Source of the DNA: the human T2T-CHM13v2.0 reference genome, Homo sapiens
Direction: 5' to 3' (one strand)
Assembly (NCBI RefSeq): GCF_009914755.1
Contig: NC_060931.1
DNA: 64,000 bases
The translations under genes were made by a program, and so were the position numbers. Every line of letters begins with the position of its first letter. The first letter of the stretch is position 1. Of the stretch, positions 26,545 through 45,486 are shown in pieces. Under the pieces are notes generated by a model. It was given only the letters and a program-made list of their open reading frames with translations, had not been told where the DNA came from and searched no databases.

Positions 26545-26770
26545 ATAGCTAACATTTTAGAGCCCCTTCCATGAAATAGGAACAGTCTTGAGAGCTTTAT
26601 ATGTATTATTACATTAATTCCTCATGACAAGCCAAAGAGAGAGGTAATATTACTCCATTTTACTGATGAAAAAACTAAGGCACAGAGAGAATCAAATAAT
26701 TACACAAAATCACACAGACAGTGAATGGTAGAGCCGAGATCCAAACTTAGAAAGTCTGACTTCAGATTTT
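26545..26770 (-). mobile_element. MIR
   Basis: ccattttactgatgaaaaaactaaggcacagagag core in reverse orientation. Boundaries approximate. Confidence 0.7.
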
Positions 26771-27311
26771 ACATTCACCCTCAGGGCAGTGGTGACCGCT
26801 TCCTTCCTTCTGAACAAAACTCACCAGAAAACACAAACACAAATTAAACTATTCCAAGGGGATCAGGGTTCTTGTTTGACTAACTATGAGAGTCCTTGTT
26901 TGACTAACTATGATCCCCAAAGTATAAAACCACGACAAGGAAAGATTAATCTCTGGCCTGAAGGATGCATTTCTGAGTGTTGCCCAGGTAATTCTTACAG
27001 ATACATTCATTTCAATACCTGCCTGAAAGGAAATCTTTAAATTCTTCAAATGTCAGCTTCTAGAGGGCAGGCACACTGTGCACATTGCATCCTGGGGACA
27101 TGCAGTTCATTTTAAGTAACTGAGACAAGTACCCCGGTGCTCTTGAACACCATCTCTGCTCAGTTCTCAAAAGAACATCCTGCCTCTTCTACCCAGCCAG
27201 TGCAAGCAGGGGATGATAAATGATAGATGGGAACATAGAGTTTTGATGAGGAATGATGTTGATTTAAAGTTCTTAAAGCATCGCCAAAGATTTGGTAGGA
27301 AGATATCTTAC

Positions 27312-27349
27312 CTTCATAAGATCACCAGCTATTACTGCCTGCAAAATTG
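27312..27349 (-). CDS. DGKI: DGKI 38-nt exon: (A)ILQAVIAGDLMK
   Basis: Acceptor gtctttcacAG at 27351-27350, donor AAG|GTAAGA. Phase 1 to 0. Confidence 0.95.
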
Positions 27350-27594
27350 CTGTGAAAGACAAAAGAGAGATGTCCCATTAGTAGAAGACCCTCTTATTAA
27401 AATATTACACAAAGTTGGATCCATATTTTGGATAAGTAGTCTACATTTGGGGCAGGAATCAGGGAAGGAAAATATCTTGGTCAAGCAGACCGAGGCCCCC
27501 TCTTTAACCCTTCCCCACCCAGGTACCCATTCCACGCACCCTTCTAGGGCCCATGCGTGCCCCCTCCAGCCTTGGTACAGTAAATATTTTAAAA

Positions 27595-27730
27595 ACTGGA
27601 GTCACGCAAATTGGGTTCAAATCTCAACTCTGATACTTTAAGCAGTAGGACACTGGGCAAATCATTTAACCCCTCTGAGCCTCAGTTTCCACATTTGTAA
27701 AAGAGCAGGTTGTAACTTAGTAGGGTTCAT
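27595..27730 (+). mobile_element. MIR
   Basis: gggttcaaatc...gggcaaatcatttaacccctctgagcctcagtttccacatttgtaaaa core. Confidence 0.7.
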
Positions 27731-28129
27731 GAAGTCCTATGAATGTTCCTAACCCAGCCACAGATGCGGAGTAACTGCCTAATCATGATTGCACTTGCTT
27801 CCTTCTTTCTAGTTCCTTCTACTTTGCCCTCTTGGGATTTAAGCAATCACCAGTCTTTTTGTGTGTTTTGTGATGATAGATAAATACCTATTGCTATGAA
27901 TATTAAGAGGACTGGAGACAGCAAAGAGGAATCAAGTCTATTTTAATTGTGTGCTTGAGAAAACAACCACGTGTTTGGCATTTAATTTATTGATGATTCT
28001 TATGGAAAAAAAAGCCTAGAGGTAATAGGTAACTTAAACTACTTTTAGGAATACGTAGCCTTAGGGAAAAAAAAATATATGTGTCTAATGATTCATGCAC
28101 CTTATGTGGGGTGTAGAAGAGGAATGAGA

Positions 28130-29100
<971 letters not shown>

Positions 29101-30335
29101 TCAAAAAATAGATTTTAAGGCTTTAAAGTCACAAAGTTTTAGAAGAAAAATAATTTAAATGTATTTTGCAAAGTGATATTTTATTCCTATTTGAGTAGTC
29201 TCTCATACAGAGTTAGCCAAAAGTGCTGTATCATGCATTAAATTACATAGAGTCCCCAGCTGTCACTGAGCAAAACCCCCAAAGCTTTTATATTGAGTAT
29301 GTATGAGTCCTGGGTGAGCAGATGCAAAGGACCATAAGAATGTTAAACTTACTCACTGCCCCTGGGCTGAGTGCCTTCCCTTTGACCAACGCTGAAGCCT
29401 TGGAAATTTATAGAAATGATGAGGGCTACTTGAACATCAGAGGAAAAAGAAGGTAGGAAGAAGAGAAGAATGGAGAAAAATGGAGAGAAGAAAAGTGCCT
29501 CGCCATAACAAGCTATAAGCAGCATCCTCTTTGCATTCCCCTGTGAACCCTAGCATAATGCTTTGCACATTGTAGGTGCACACCAATTAATTGTTGAACT
29601 GACTGAAAAGAAAACAGAAAAAGAGAAGAAAAGAGAGATGAAAATAAGAGAAAGGGAATTAACAAAGTGTTATGTGTAAAAAAAAAAAAAACCCTATGAA
29701 AACACAGTGTCTCACTCTTCCTTTTATAAATGTCCATAGTGGAGTTTAAAGTAACTTAATTCTCTGGAGGTATAGAGGCCCAAATCAGCACCATAATACA
29801 GACCCTGTGTGAGCCTGTGTCCAGTGCCCCCATTGAGTTCATCATGCACAGAACTCTACTAGGCTCTGCAAGGCCTACAGACAGTGAAAAAAACACTGTT
29901 GTCAGGTTTGTAATGTGAACAATGCTCTCAACTGGAGTCTAATTCTAATCGCTACAATTTATTGGACACATAAATTTTGGAAGTTATTCAATCGTTTTGA
30001 ACCAATTCTCCATTTGCAAATGAGGTTAACAGCTGCACTGCTCACCTCTCGGTAGTTAGGATAAAATTTTTAAAGTGTTTTATAAATAGGTATGTTATAT
30101 AAACAGAAGGCACAGTTTTCAGTATTTTGTGACTGCACATAAGTACATGAAAAAGACATATGGACCTTCAGAAGGAGCCTACCAATAAGGGTAAAATTGG
30201 CATGTGAAGCTGGGCAGACATATCTCTGTTAATATAGAACCCATCGGATTAGAAGCACAGATAATGAGCCAAGGATATGGTGTTTATCAAAAACCCTGCG
30301 TTGAAGGACAAGGAAGGAGAGGCTGGGGAAAGTAA

Positions 30336-30656
30336 AGCCGGCCCTCCGTATCTGCAGGTTCCAAATCTGCAGATTCAACCAACCTCACATCGAAAACATT
30401 CAAAAAATAATAATAATGATACAACAGTAAAAATTACAATAAATTTTAAAAATACAGTATAACAACTATTTATATAGCATTTGTATTAGATTAGGTATTA
30501 TAAGTAATCTAAAGACGACTTGAAGTGTACGGGAGGATGTGCAAAGGCTATATGCAAATACTGAGCTATTTTAGATCAGGGACTTGAACATCTGTAGATT
30601 TTGGTATCTGCAAGGGGTCCTGGAACTAATCCCCCACAGATACTGAGTAACAGCTG
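30336..30656 (+). mobile_element. Tigger3a/MER7A-like DNA transposon remnant
   Basis: ggccctccgtatctgcaggtt...gattcaaccaac start, taggtattataagtaatcta core, ggtcctggaactaatccccc...gatactgag end. Confidence 0.75.
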
Positions 30657-30838
30657 TATTAGCAATCACAGGTCCAAGAGAACAAATCAGTTTGGACTTT
30701 AATACTATAGGATGTTCTCCTGACTGAAGCAGAATGTCTCTAATAGGAGAGAAAGAAGGTTAGGAAAGTTGCATGAGGGAGCAGTTAATGCAAAGCCTTG
30801 TAACACACACAGAAGTTCAAAACATAGCCTATGTTCTC

Positions 30839-31162
30839 AGCCAGGCATGGTGGCTCACATCTGTAATCCCAGCACTTTGGGAGGCCAAGGCAGGTGGATC
30901 ACGAGGTCAGGAGTTCAAGACCAGCCTGGCCAAGATGGTGAAACCCTGTCTCTACTAAAAATAAAAAAATATAAAAAATTGGCCAGGTGTGGTGGTGGGC
31001 GCCCGTAATCCCAGCTACTCAGGAGGCTGAGGCAGAGAACTGCTTGAACCCTTGGGAGGCAGAGGTTGCAGTGAGCCGAGATCATGCCACTGCACTCCAG
31101 CCTGAGCCACAGAGCGAGACTCTGTCTCAAAACCAACCAACAAACAAAAAAACAACAACAAA
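30839..31162 (+). mobile_element. AluSg-like
   Basis: Dimeric Alu. TSD ATAGCCTATGTTCTC at 30824-30838 and 31163-31177. Confidence 0.94.
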
Positions 31163-32757
31163 ATAGCCTATGTTCTCAAGACTGTATTGAAACATTTCTC
31201 AGAATTTAAAAGTTAATAAAAAGGGAGAGAGAGAAACAGATAAAGAAAGGAGAAAGGAGACAGAAAAGGAAAGAAAAATGAATTAACTAACTGAAAGCAT
31301 TTATGTAATAAAATTAGGTACATGTAAGCAATAAAGCAAGATGATGAAAAAACTCCCCAGGACAAAGGCTATTTAAGGATCACTAAATATATAAGTTAAT
31401 AAAAATAGGACAGTCTGGGTAAAACTCTTGACTAGGTGTGGAGTTCATAGAAGGCTTCCTGAAGCAGGTGAAGTTTAAGCTGACTCTTCAATGATACATA
31501 GATTAATTAACAAAGAAGCTTTGAAAAATCCTCGCAAGATGAAGGAAGGATGTGAACAAAGAGATAAAAGTAAGTCATGGTGTCTGAGGGAATCTGCAAA
31601 GAGCTTTGTGTTGTCACATCTGAGGTGGAGAGTAGTCTCAGGTAACGCGATCCAAGGTTTCACAGGAACCACTCCAAGGAGTGAGTCTGACACCAAGATA
31701 AGGCACTTAAATTTTATTCTCCTGGTGATGAGAAGCTATTGAAGAGCTAAAAGCAAACCAGGAGAGCATATAAATGTCCTTAAGCATGTCAGTGTGAGTC
31801 TGCTTCCCCCCCTCTGGAAACAGTTAAGTTCCTACTCTTCGCTCCTTTTCTCCCCATAGCCAACATTATAGCATCTTTCAGCTTGTACCCCATATCGCTC
31901 CCAAGCGTTGTTATTTATGTTTGTTGGTTTCCAACAGCTTCCCAGTTTGAAGTCCCCTTGAATAGGTAGAAGATCATATGACAGAATCATAACCACGAGT
32001 AGTTTCCAATTGTACTGGATGTGAAAAGCATGAATATTTATTTTAAGTCAAGCAATACACCCAAGGGTAGCTATTATGCAAACATTATTAGAAACAAGGC
32101 TCACTTCTCTCTCCTGATTAATGTCCTTCCCTATGAACACTGTTGTTTAAGATTTCCTCCACATAAAAAGAGCCTGAATCTATTATTATTCAACTCCAGA
32201 TAATAACCTTCTGAAGGATTGAGCTTAAAAACAAATAATGAGTTGTTATGATTACAATATTATTCTTCATAGTTTCTTAAGCTCTGAGCTTGTCTTCTTG
32301 CCTTTCTCAAAACTCCTTCATACTAAGGAAACAATGCTCCAAAATTCAAAGAAGCAGGGAAAGTCAAGTTGTTAATGGATATAAAAGTTTTTAAGTATAT
32401 GAATATTAAGTTTCTTGGAAAATTAAATCACAAACTTATGAAGACAGGAATGCAAGGGCGTAGGGAACTGAGAAATTTTTCATTTTTACAGGTTAGAAGT
32501 TGAATCATTACTTCATAGGAAATGGTTTATTTTTCCTTCTATGCTGTATCTTCAAATAAATTGTTTTTCAGTACACATACCAACACACAAAGCTGGGACT
32601 GAGAAGTCAAGACTTCCAGGAGAGAACTGCCATCTTCCTTCTCACAGCCTCTCTCTCTTAAGTCTGGGCTCTCAAGAGTCTGGATGTGCTCAGACATCCA
32701 CGTGCGGAAGGAAGAGATGGCTTCTGTCATGTGGAATCAGGAAAGGGAGAAGACAGC

Positions 32758-33150
32758 TGCTGTGATTTGTATGTTTGTATAAACCCTCCAAAATTCATGT
32801 TGAAACTTAATCCCCAGTGTGGTATTAAGAGGTGGGGCCTTTTAGGAAGTGATTAAGTCACGAAGGCTCCACCCTCATGAAGGAAATCAGTGCCCTTCTA
32901 AAAGAGCCTTGAGAAAGCTGCCTGTCCTTTCTATCTTTTCCACCATGTGAGGACACAGTTTTCATTTCTTTTTGCTTTCCCATTATGTGAGGATGCAGCA
33001 AGAGCTTTCCATCTTTGAAGCAGAGAGTAATTTGCTAGCACCTTGATCTTGGTCTTCCCAGAATCCAGAACCATGAGCAATAAATTTCTATTACTTAAAC
33101 ATGATCCAGTCTAAGATATTTTGTCCTAGCAGCAGGAACAGACTAAGATC
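32758..33150 (+). mobile_element. MaLR solo LTR (MSTD/MLT1A-like)
   Basis: aattcatgttgaaacttaatcccc...ccttgatcttgg...gcaataaatttct...agactaaga LTR layout. Confidence 0.75.
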
Positions 33151-35040
33151 CCCACCTGTTCCCACCATGCCAGGCCCCGTTTGAGGCAGTAAGAAGGCAG
33201 CAATGTACAAAACAAATGTCATCATGGAGTTACATTTTGGCAAGAAGTACAAAACAAAATCTGGCTTATTATTAGGAAGGGATATGCCATAATTGAGTCT
33301 ACATTCAGACCTCCTGGGTTTAAGTCCTGTGAGTATCACTAACTGCTATGACCTTGGGCAAGTTAGTTTACCAAGCTCCAGTTCTATCAGTGGAAAAATT
33401 AAAAAAGCAGTTCTTTTGAGGCTCTGCCTTGCAAATAAGCTCAAGGTACAGAGAACCTAACCATTAAGGTACCTGGACATCTGTGGAGAGCAGCAGGGAG
33501 AATTGATGTTTTTAGCCCCATCACACAGAAAAAGAATTATTTTAGACTGAGGTAGAAGTTGGCATATGACTACTTCTGAAGGGATGGCTTAAGGTTGTAA
33601 TTATTGCTGTACAGAAGACAATATTGGGGAATAAAAAGTATACAGAACTTGGCAAAGCCATATATATATGTTTGTGATTCTCAATAAAGCAACTGAAATA
33701 ACTACATTGTTACATGCAAAATAGAATCACAACTCTGAACACTTATGTCTATTTTTTAAAAGTTTGATCTTTCATATTCAGTTATTTTTTTAGTTTTAAA
33801 AATAATATCCTATTACCACATTGTTGTCTGCCCATAGTAGCAGTCAGCTAACTCTTTTTTTCCAAAATTATAGAAGAAAAAAATAAAAGTAAATATAAAA
33901 ACTGCTAAACAAAGAATGGCTTGAAAAGACATAGGGAAAAACATCAGTTGATTCACTGGGAATCATAAATGCATCTAGCTTTGCCAAGTTCTGTGAACTT
34001 TTACTCCTAAATATTTTCATGTGCAAAGCAAGAGTCACAACCCTAAACTATTTCTTGAGGAGTAATAATACTCTACTTTCTAGCGTGTATTTGGTCTTAG
34101 TCTAACCTTTCATTTCATAGATGAGGAAAGTAGGGCTTGAGATCTGAACTGACCTTTGCAGGATCACACAGATTACTTAGCAATCCAGCTGAGAGACAAA
34201 GGACTCTTGTTTCATTTACTTGCCTCCCCCCTTCCCCAGGTCTGAGTTTCTTCCACTATATGATGCTGTTTCTCCTCTGTTTAACTTGGAGCAGGACAGC
34301 CAAAAATGAAAATAACCCCCGGAAAAAGTTTCATGAATGCATGACATACAAAATGAAGTTAAAGTAAATTTACAGTTTTAAGGCCCAACTTTTTGTGTGT
34401 GCCAACAGAGACAAAATCCATCGCAAATGTGACACAAATAATTCTCTTGATCTTATCATGACTGAAGTCTTCATAGTTTGCCTTTATTCAATCCGTTACT
34501 TCTTGCGTGGCTACCAGATAACTTATACCATAGCTGCCCAATAGCTCACTCTCTGAGATACATATTTCTGCATAGCCTTTGCTGTATTTACCTTATCAGA
34601 AACATTCTGTCCAATTTTTCTATTTTGTGAGCAGCCAGCCATGGTACATGAGCAACAAACTGTGAAGGCTTAGCTCGCAAAAAAATGAAATTTAGTATAA
34701 TCATCAAACACAGCAAAGGTAATCTAACACGAATTCACAGGTATGGATGACCGCTGTGAATTATGCTAATGAGGCATAAATGGGAAGCAGCTCAAGAAAA
34801 ATGACTGTAATTAATATTATTCTACATAGGCATACTGAATAAGTCCAAGATGAGGTGAGAAAAAGAATGAATTATATAAATTTCTAAAGACCTCTGCATT
34901 TTTATCTAGGCCTAGAGGACTTTTTCACAATCAGTAAAAAGACATGTGACAAATTATTTGTTATAATAAAAGTTAAACTACTGAAGGTTTTTAACATATT
35001 AGAACAGATTTAAGATTATTCTTCTAATGACATGCAACTC

Positions 35041-35549
35041 TGTATCAACTATCTATTATTGCATGGTAAAGTATATGACTTAAAACCCAATTATTTCTTT
35101 TGCTCAAAAATCTGCATTTGGGGCAGCGTTCTGCAGAGATAGTTTGTCTTTGTTATACCTGGCAGCAGTTGGAGCTGCTCCACTAAGAGCTGAAAGATCC
35201 AGTTCAAATATGATCAGACACATGGCTAGTAACTGGGTACTGGTATCGGCTAGGAGCCTTGGATCCTCTCATGTGGGATTCCTGGGCTTCCCGTGTGCTT
35301 CTTGGGCTTTCTTATAAGATGGTGGCTGGGTTCCAAAAGCAACCATCCCAAGAGAGCCCAGTGATCAACTCACCTCGCCTTGGAAATCCCAAGGTATCAT
35401 TCCTGCTGAAGTCCACGTTTGCGCATATACAAGGAGAGAGAGCGTAGATCCCACATTTCAATGGAAAGAGCATCAAAGTCACATTGCAAGATGAGTGTGT
35501 AGGTGGGAGAAAATGCCATGGCTATTTTTGAAAAGTACAAACTGTCACA
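35041..35549 (-). mobile_element. MLT1-type MaLR LTR (MLT1G-like)
   Basis: TG...CA termini. The reverse start tgtgacagtttgtacttttcaaaaatagcca resembles MLT1G. Confidence 0.6.
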
Positions 35550-35693
35550 TCATATACTTGAATTGTGATGTGCTTTGAGTCGGAGGGCTGGTGTTGACTT
35601 GTCAGTGTTGGGAAAGGGGTATAATCAACAGTCTTTTTACCTATGTCACTTATGGGAATGTGTTATGCATACAATGTCATCTGGTTTATGTCA

Positions 35694-36327
<634 letters not shown>

Positions 36328-37639
36328 TCACATGGCTACCTTCTCATCATCCCTGGGATTAATCCATCAGTGGCATCAAAAGGCCATTAGATACTACGGT
36401 GGCTTTATATTCAAACACCACCTGTGCCAAATCCATCTTAGATTGTGTAACCATAGATGGGAGACAAAAATAGGTTTTGTTTCTCTCTAATGACAGAATT
36501 AATCCCCCAATTCAATTAATTCCTGCTAATTAAATGCATGAATATATATTGGTTCTTTCCATCTGCTGTGGCAATCCTTTTGAAGCTCCTATTAGCATGG
36601 AAGAGATTTCTGTTTGGAGAAAAAACAAACAGCCTCCGTCTAGTGTTCCCTCCTGGCAGAAAACCTCTACCTTGCTGCCAGAGGATCAGGATGCACTCCC
36701 TTCAAAAGCAGTTCGTTCCACTTCTTTTATTCACCACTGGAATTGGCTATAAACAGCACAGGGACCAGATGTCTCTCCAAAGCATCCCATTTGCTTATCT
36801 GTTGTTGTGAAATTGTTTAATTGTTTCACATGTCTAAGTTCCACTTCTGCGATTAAGTCATAAGCATGAGGACACTTTTTTCTCTTTGTTTTATCCACAC
36901 TATATCTTTCACTGAAATCTCTATGGGACAGAAAATACATGAAGTGCTTAATAAATAGTTGGTTGATCCTTTCGACCTGGTGATTCAGCCGGCTATCATT
37001 TCAATACACTTTAAAATCTGGATTGAGGAAGACATTCTAGGGAGTGGAAGAAAGCTCACCTTACTGGCCCCTGCTACACCTTGCAATCAATTTTGGAGAC
37101 ACAGATATCTTCAAATCTCTTTGTAAATCTCATGGTGTTTGTTAGTTGCATCTAGTAAACACAGCAAAACACCACTGCAACTATCTCATGAGATCAGAAA
37201 TGTTTATGAGTCAACTCAGAGCTGTATATCAGCAATGATACTTGTTACTTCCTAGAACATTGATAGTAACGCTTAGATAAGTGTTAAAGCAAACTTCGTG
37301 GGTGAATTAATTTGCTTTGAGCACTGGGTTAGTGAAAACAAGCTCATGGGTTACAGGGCCAATAGACTCACACTCTTCCAGAATCACAGCATGTCACTTT
37401 CAACCTGCTGTGTAACATACATGACGCCAGTCACAAAGGACCAGCAAAGGGTCTTAAAATACCTTCTGGAAAATCTCTATAACTCAATATCAATTCTTTC
37501 TCTAGCAATAAATTAATATCGTCACCTTTGGATGTAATGGGAAAACATATTTTTATATAGTACCACCATCTAAAGTAATATACAGCTATTCCCTTAAAAC
37601 TAGAAAAATATAAATTCATTTCTAACATCAATATTATAG

Positions 37640-38042
<403 letters not shown>

Positions 38043-39000
38043 TTGTAAAGCATTTTCATCATGAACCTAAAATAATTACAGTACACTGTAACATTCTTTT
38101 CCCCTTCTTAACATTTGAATGAAATAATATGTGTGTTGGAAACTGATGTAGCAATGCAAGAGATTTTTTTTAAGAAGTTCTAGTACTCTGAAGGTCCTTC
38201 ATCCCTATAATGTTGAGAGAGTTTAATTTAGATTGTCTAACTTTGTTTTGTTTTACTTTCCTGGCATTTGGATGATAAAGCTATAATCCTGAGAGGGTAA
38301 GAGAAATGGAAGAACTAATAAAGTCCTTATTTTCCCCACAAATGAGAGGAAGGTGCCATGTAAAAGAAAAGTGCTGCTGGCCTGTAGCTCTGGTGACTGT
38401 TACAGAGAAGCACAGAGAAAGCTTCAGGCGTTGGCTTTACCCCTTCCTCCAACATCAGGCAGGCATTCTTCCTGTGATCAGGGTCCCTGAACTCACTGGA
38501 TGTGTTTTAGCAGTGTCCTTCAAGGCCTCTGAAAGGAACTTGGGGTGAACAAGTGTACTCATGTTTCACCCAGTGATATCTGTAAGCAGGTCTGATGTGG
38601 CCTGAGAGTAATGGATGGTTACTGGTTTTACCAAACATCAAGACTGTTTGGAAAATGATGTTTAAGGTCAGAAGCCAAGTACAGTTAAGTATGTACTAGA
38701 GCTCAAAAAGATTATAAGCTTATAAGTCATCCAGTCATCAGGATACACATTACATTTCTTCTCAGTGACTAGCAGCAAACTGACCACTCTGTAATATAAA
38801 GGCTTTTTAAACCAAAAAGAAGAACAGCCAAACACCCCTCACTGGAACAAAAGTAAAGTCAGGAAGGAGTTAATTTAGCAAAGGTCATGTTCAGAGACAT
38901 ACCAGCAAAATGCACATACGGCAAAAGTGTACAATTAAAAAATAAATAAAATGTCAAGAGCATACCCTCACTTATTATTGTAAATATAGATTATTTGCAT

Positions 39001-39165
39001 TATTTATTTATCAATTTTTTATTATACTTTAAGTTCTGGGATACACGTGCAGAATGTGCAGCTTTACATAGGTATACACTTGCCGTGGTGGTTTGCTGCA
39101 CCCACCAACCCATCATCTACTTTAGGTATTTCTCCTAATGCTATCCCTCCCCTAGACCCACCCCT
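39001..39165 (-). mobile_element. Short L1PA (PA7/8-like) 3'-end fragment
   Basis: ttattatactttaagttctgggatacacgtgcagaatgtgcag...tctcctaatgctatccctcccc is a reverse L1PA 3' terminus. Confidence 0.85.
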
Positions 39166-39806
39166 ACTGGGTTATAATAAAACATTAATTTTGAATCTTC
39201 CCCATATAAGCATATGACAGTTATTACTTGGAAGAATATAAAAATTAAGCATTTTATTTCAGAAAAGTAAAAATAAATCTTAACTTTCACTATATCATGC
39301 TAAATTGATTAAGCAACATTATGCCTTAGAAGAATTGTTATGTAAATGGTTACTTCTGAAGCATGCCCAAGACATAAAACATTAATTTGAAATAGAATAG
39401 GCTTCAGTGTATCAGTAAGTCTTCAATTATATTTATTAAAGATCAAATTTTTATTGTCCAGTTGATAGGAAGGGAAATGAAATCAAGACTAAACCTTCAT
39501 TCTTCATAGGAATTCATATATTCTTAAGAAAAAGAGAGGGGTCGAGCCAAGGTGGCCGAATATGAACAGCTCCGGTCTACAGCTCCCAGCGTGAGTGACG
39601 CAGAAGACGGGTGATTTCTGCATTTCCATCTGAGGTACCGGGTTCATCTCACTAGGGAATGCCTGACAGTGGGCACAGGACAGTGGATGCAGTGCACCGT
39701 GCGCGAGCCAAAGCAGGGTGAGGCATTGCCTCACTTGGGAAGCACAAGGGGTCAGGGAGTTCCCTTTGCTAGTCAGAGAAAGGGGTGACAGACGGCACCT
39801 GGAAAA

Positions 39807-39989
39807 TCAGGTCACTCCCACCCTAATACTGTGCTTTTCCAACGGGCTTAAAAAACGGCACACCAGGAGATTATATCTCGCACCTGGATTGGAGGGTCCT
39901 ACGCCCACGGAATCTCGCTGATTGCTAGCACAGCAGTCTGAGATCAAACTGCAAGGTGGGAGCGAGACTGGGGGAGGGGCACCCGCCAT
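39807..39989 (-). CDS. L1 ORF0, 60 aa (MAGAPPPVSLPPCSLISDCCASNQRDSVGVGPSNPGARYNLLVCRFLSPLEKHSIRVGVT*), shortened by a premature stop
   Basis: ATG at 39989-39987 in strong Kozak context (GCAATGG). Peptide matches the recalled ORF0 N-terminus. TGA at 39809-39807. Expression unknown. Confidence 0.75.
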   Translation of the reverse strand: MAGAPPPVSLPPCSLISDCCASNQRDSVGVGPSNPGARYNLLVCRFLSPLEKHSIRVGVT

Positions 39990-40579
39990 TGCCCAGGCTT
40001 GCTTAGGTAAACAAAGCAGCCAGGAAGCTCGAACTGGGTGGAGCCCACCACAGCTCAAGGAGGCCTGCCTGCCTCTGTAGGCTCCACCTCTGGGTGCAGG
40101 GCACAGACAAACAAAAAGACAGCAGTAACCTCTGCAGACTTAAATGTCCCTGTCTGACAGCTTTGAAGAGAGCAGTGGTTCTCCCAGCATGCAGCTGGAG
40201 ATCTGAGAATGGGCAGACTTCCTCCTCAAATGGGTCCCTGACCCCTGACCCCTGACCCCTGAGCAGCCTAGCTGGGAGGCACCCCCCAGTAGGGGCAGAC
40301 TGACACCTCACACTGCCGGGTACTCCTCTGAGACAAAACTTCCAGAGGAAAGATCAGACAGCAGCATTTGTGGTTCACGAAAATCTGCTGTTCTGCAGCG
40401 ACTGCTGCTGATACCCAGGCAAACAGGGTCTGGAGTGGACCTCTAGCAAACTCCAACAGACCTGCAGCTAAGGGTCCTGTCTGTTAGAAGGAAAACTAAC
40501 AAACAGAAAGGACATCCACACCAAAAACCCATCTGTACATCACCATCATCAAAGACCAAAAGTACATAAAACCACAAAG

Positions 40580-41596
40580 ATGGGGAAAAAACAGAGCAGA
40601 AAGACTGGAAACTCTAAAAAGCAGAGCGCCTCTCCTCCTCCAAAGGAATGCAGTTCCTCACCAGCAACAGAACAAAGATGGACGGAGAATGACTTTGACG
40701 AGTTGAGAGAAGAAGGCTTCAGACGATCAAATTACTCTGAGCTACAGGAGGAAATTCAAACCAAAGGCAAACAAGTTAAAAACTTTGAAAAAAATTTAGA
40801 AGAATGTATAACTAGAATAACCAATACAGAGAAGTGCTTAAAGGAGCTGATGGAGCTGAAAGCCAAGGCTTGAGAACTACGTGAAGAATCCAGAAGCCTC
40901 GGGAGCCGATGCGATCAACTGGAAGAAAGGGTATCAGTGATGGAAGATGAAGTGAATGAAATGAAGCGAGAAGGGAAGTTTAGAGAAAAAAGAATAAAAA
41001 GAAATGAACAAAGACTCCAAGAAATATGGGACTATGTGAAAAGACCAAATCTACGTCTGATTGGTGTATCTGAAAGTGACGGGGAGAATGGAACCAAGTT
41101 GGAAAACACTCTGCAGGATATTATCCAGGAGAACTTCCCCAATCTAAAAAGGCAGGCCAACATTCAGACTCAGGAAATACAGAGAACGCCACAAAGATAC
41201 TCCTCGAGAAGAGCAACTCCAAGGCACATAATTGTCAGATTCACCGAAGTTGAAATGAAGGAAAAAATGTTAAGGGCAGCCAGAGAGGCAGGTTGGGTTA
41301 CCCACAAAGGGAAGCCCATCAGACTAACAGCGGATCTCTGGGCAGAAACTCTACAAGCCAGAAGAGAGTGGGGGCCGATATTCAACATTCTTAAAGACAA
41401 GAATTTCCAACCCAGAATTTCATATCCAGCCAAACTAAGCTTCATAAGTGAAGGAGAAATAAAATACTTTACAGACAAGCAAATGCTGAGAGATTTTGTC
41501 ACCAGCAGGCCTGCCCTAAAAGAGCTCCTGAAGGAAGCACTAAACATAGAAAGGAACAACCGGTACCAGCCACTACAAAATCATGCCAAATTGTAA
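40580..41596 (+). pseudogene. L1 ORF1 (338-codon frame) interrupted by one nonsense codon
   Basis: MGKKQSRK...LQNHAKL* spans 1017 nt. In-frame TGA at 40871-40873 at a consensus Arg CGA (CpG decay). Confidence 0.93.
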
Positions 41597-41659
41597 AGAC
41601 CATCGAGGCTAGGAAGAAACTGCATCAACTAACAAGCAAAATAACCAGCTAACATCATA

Positions 41660-45486
<3,827 letters not shown>

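Noticed and set aside
27213-27641. 142-aa plus-strand ORF, and the 158-aa minus ORF at 58462-58938
   Set aside because: No recognisable homology or exon structure. The first overlaps a DGKI exon antisense and ends in a MIR.
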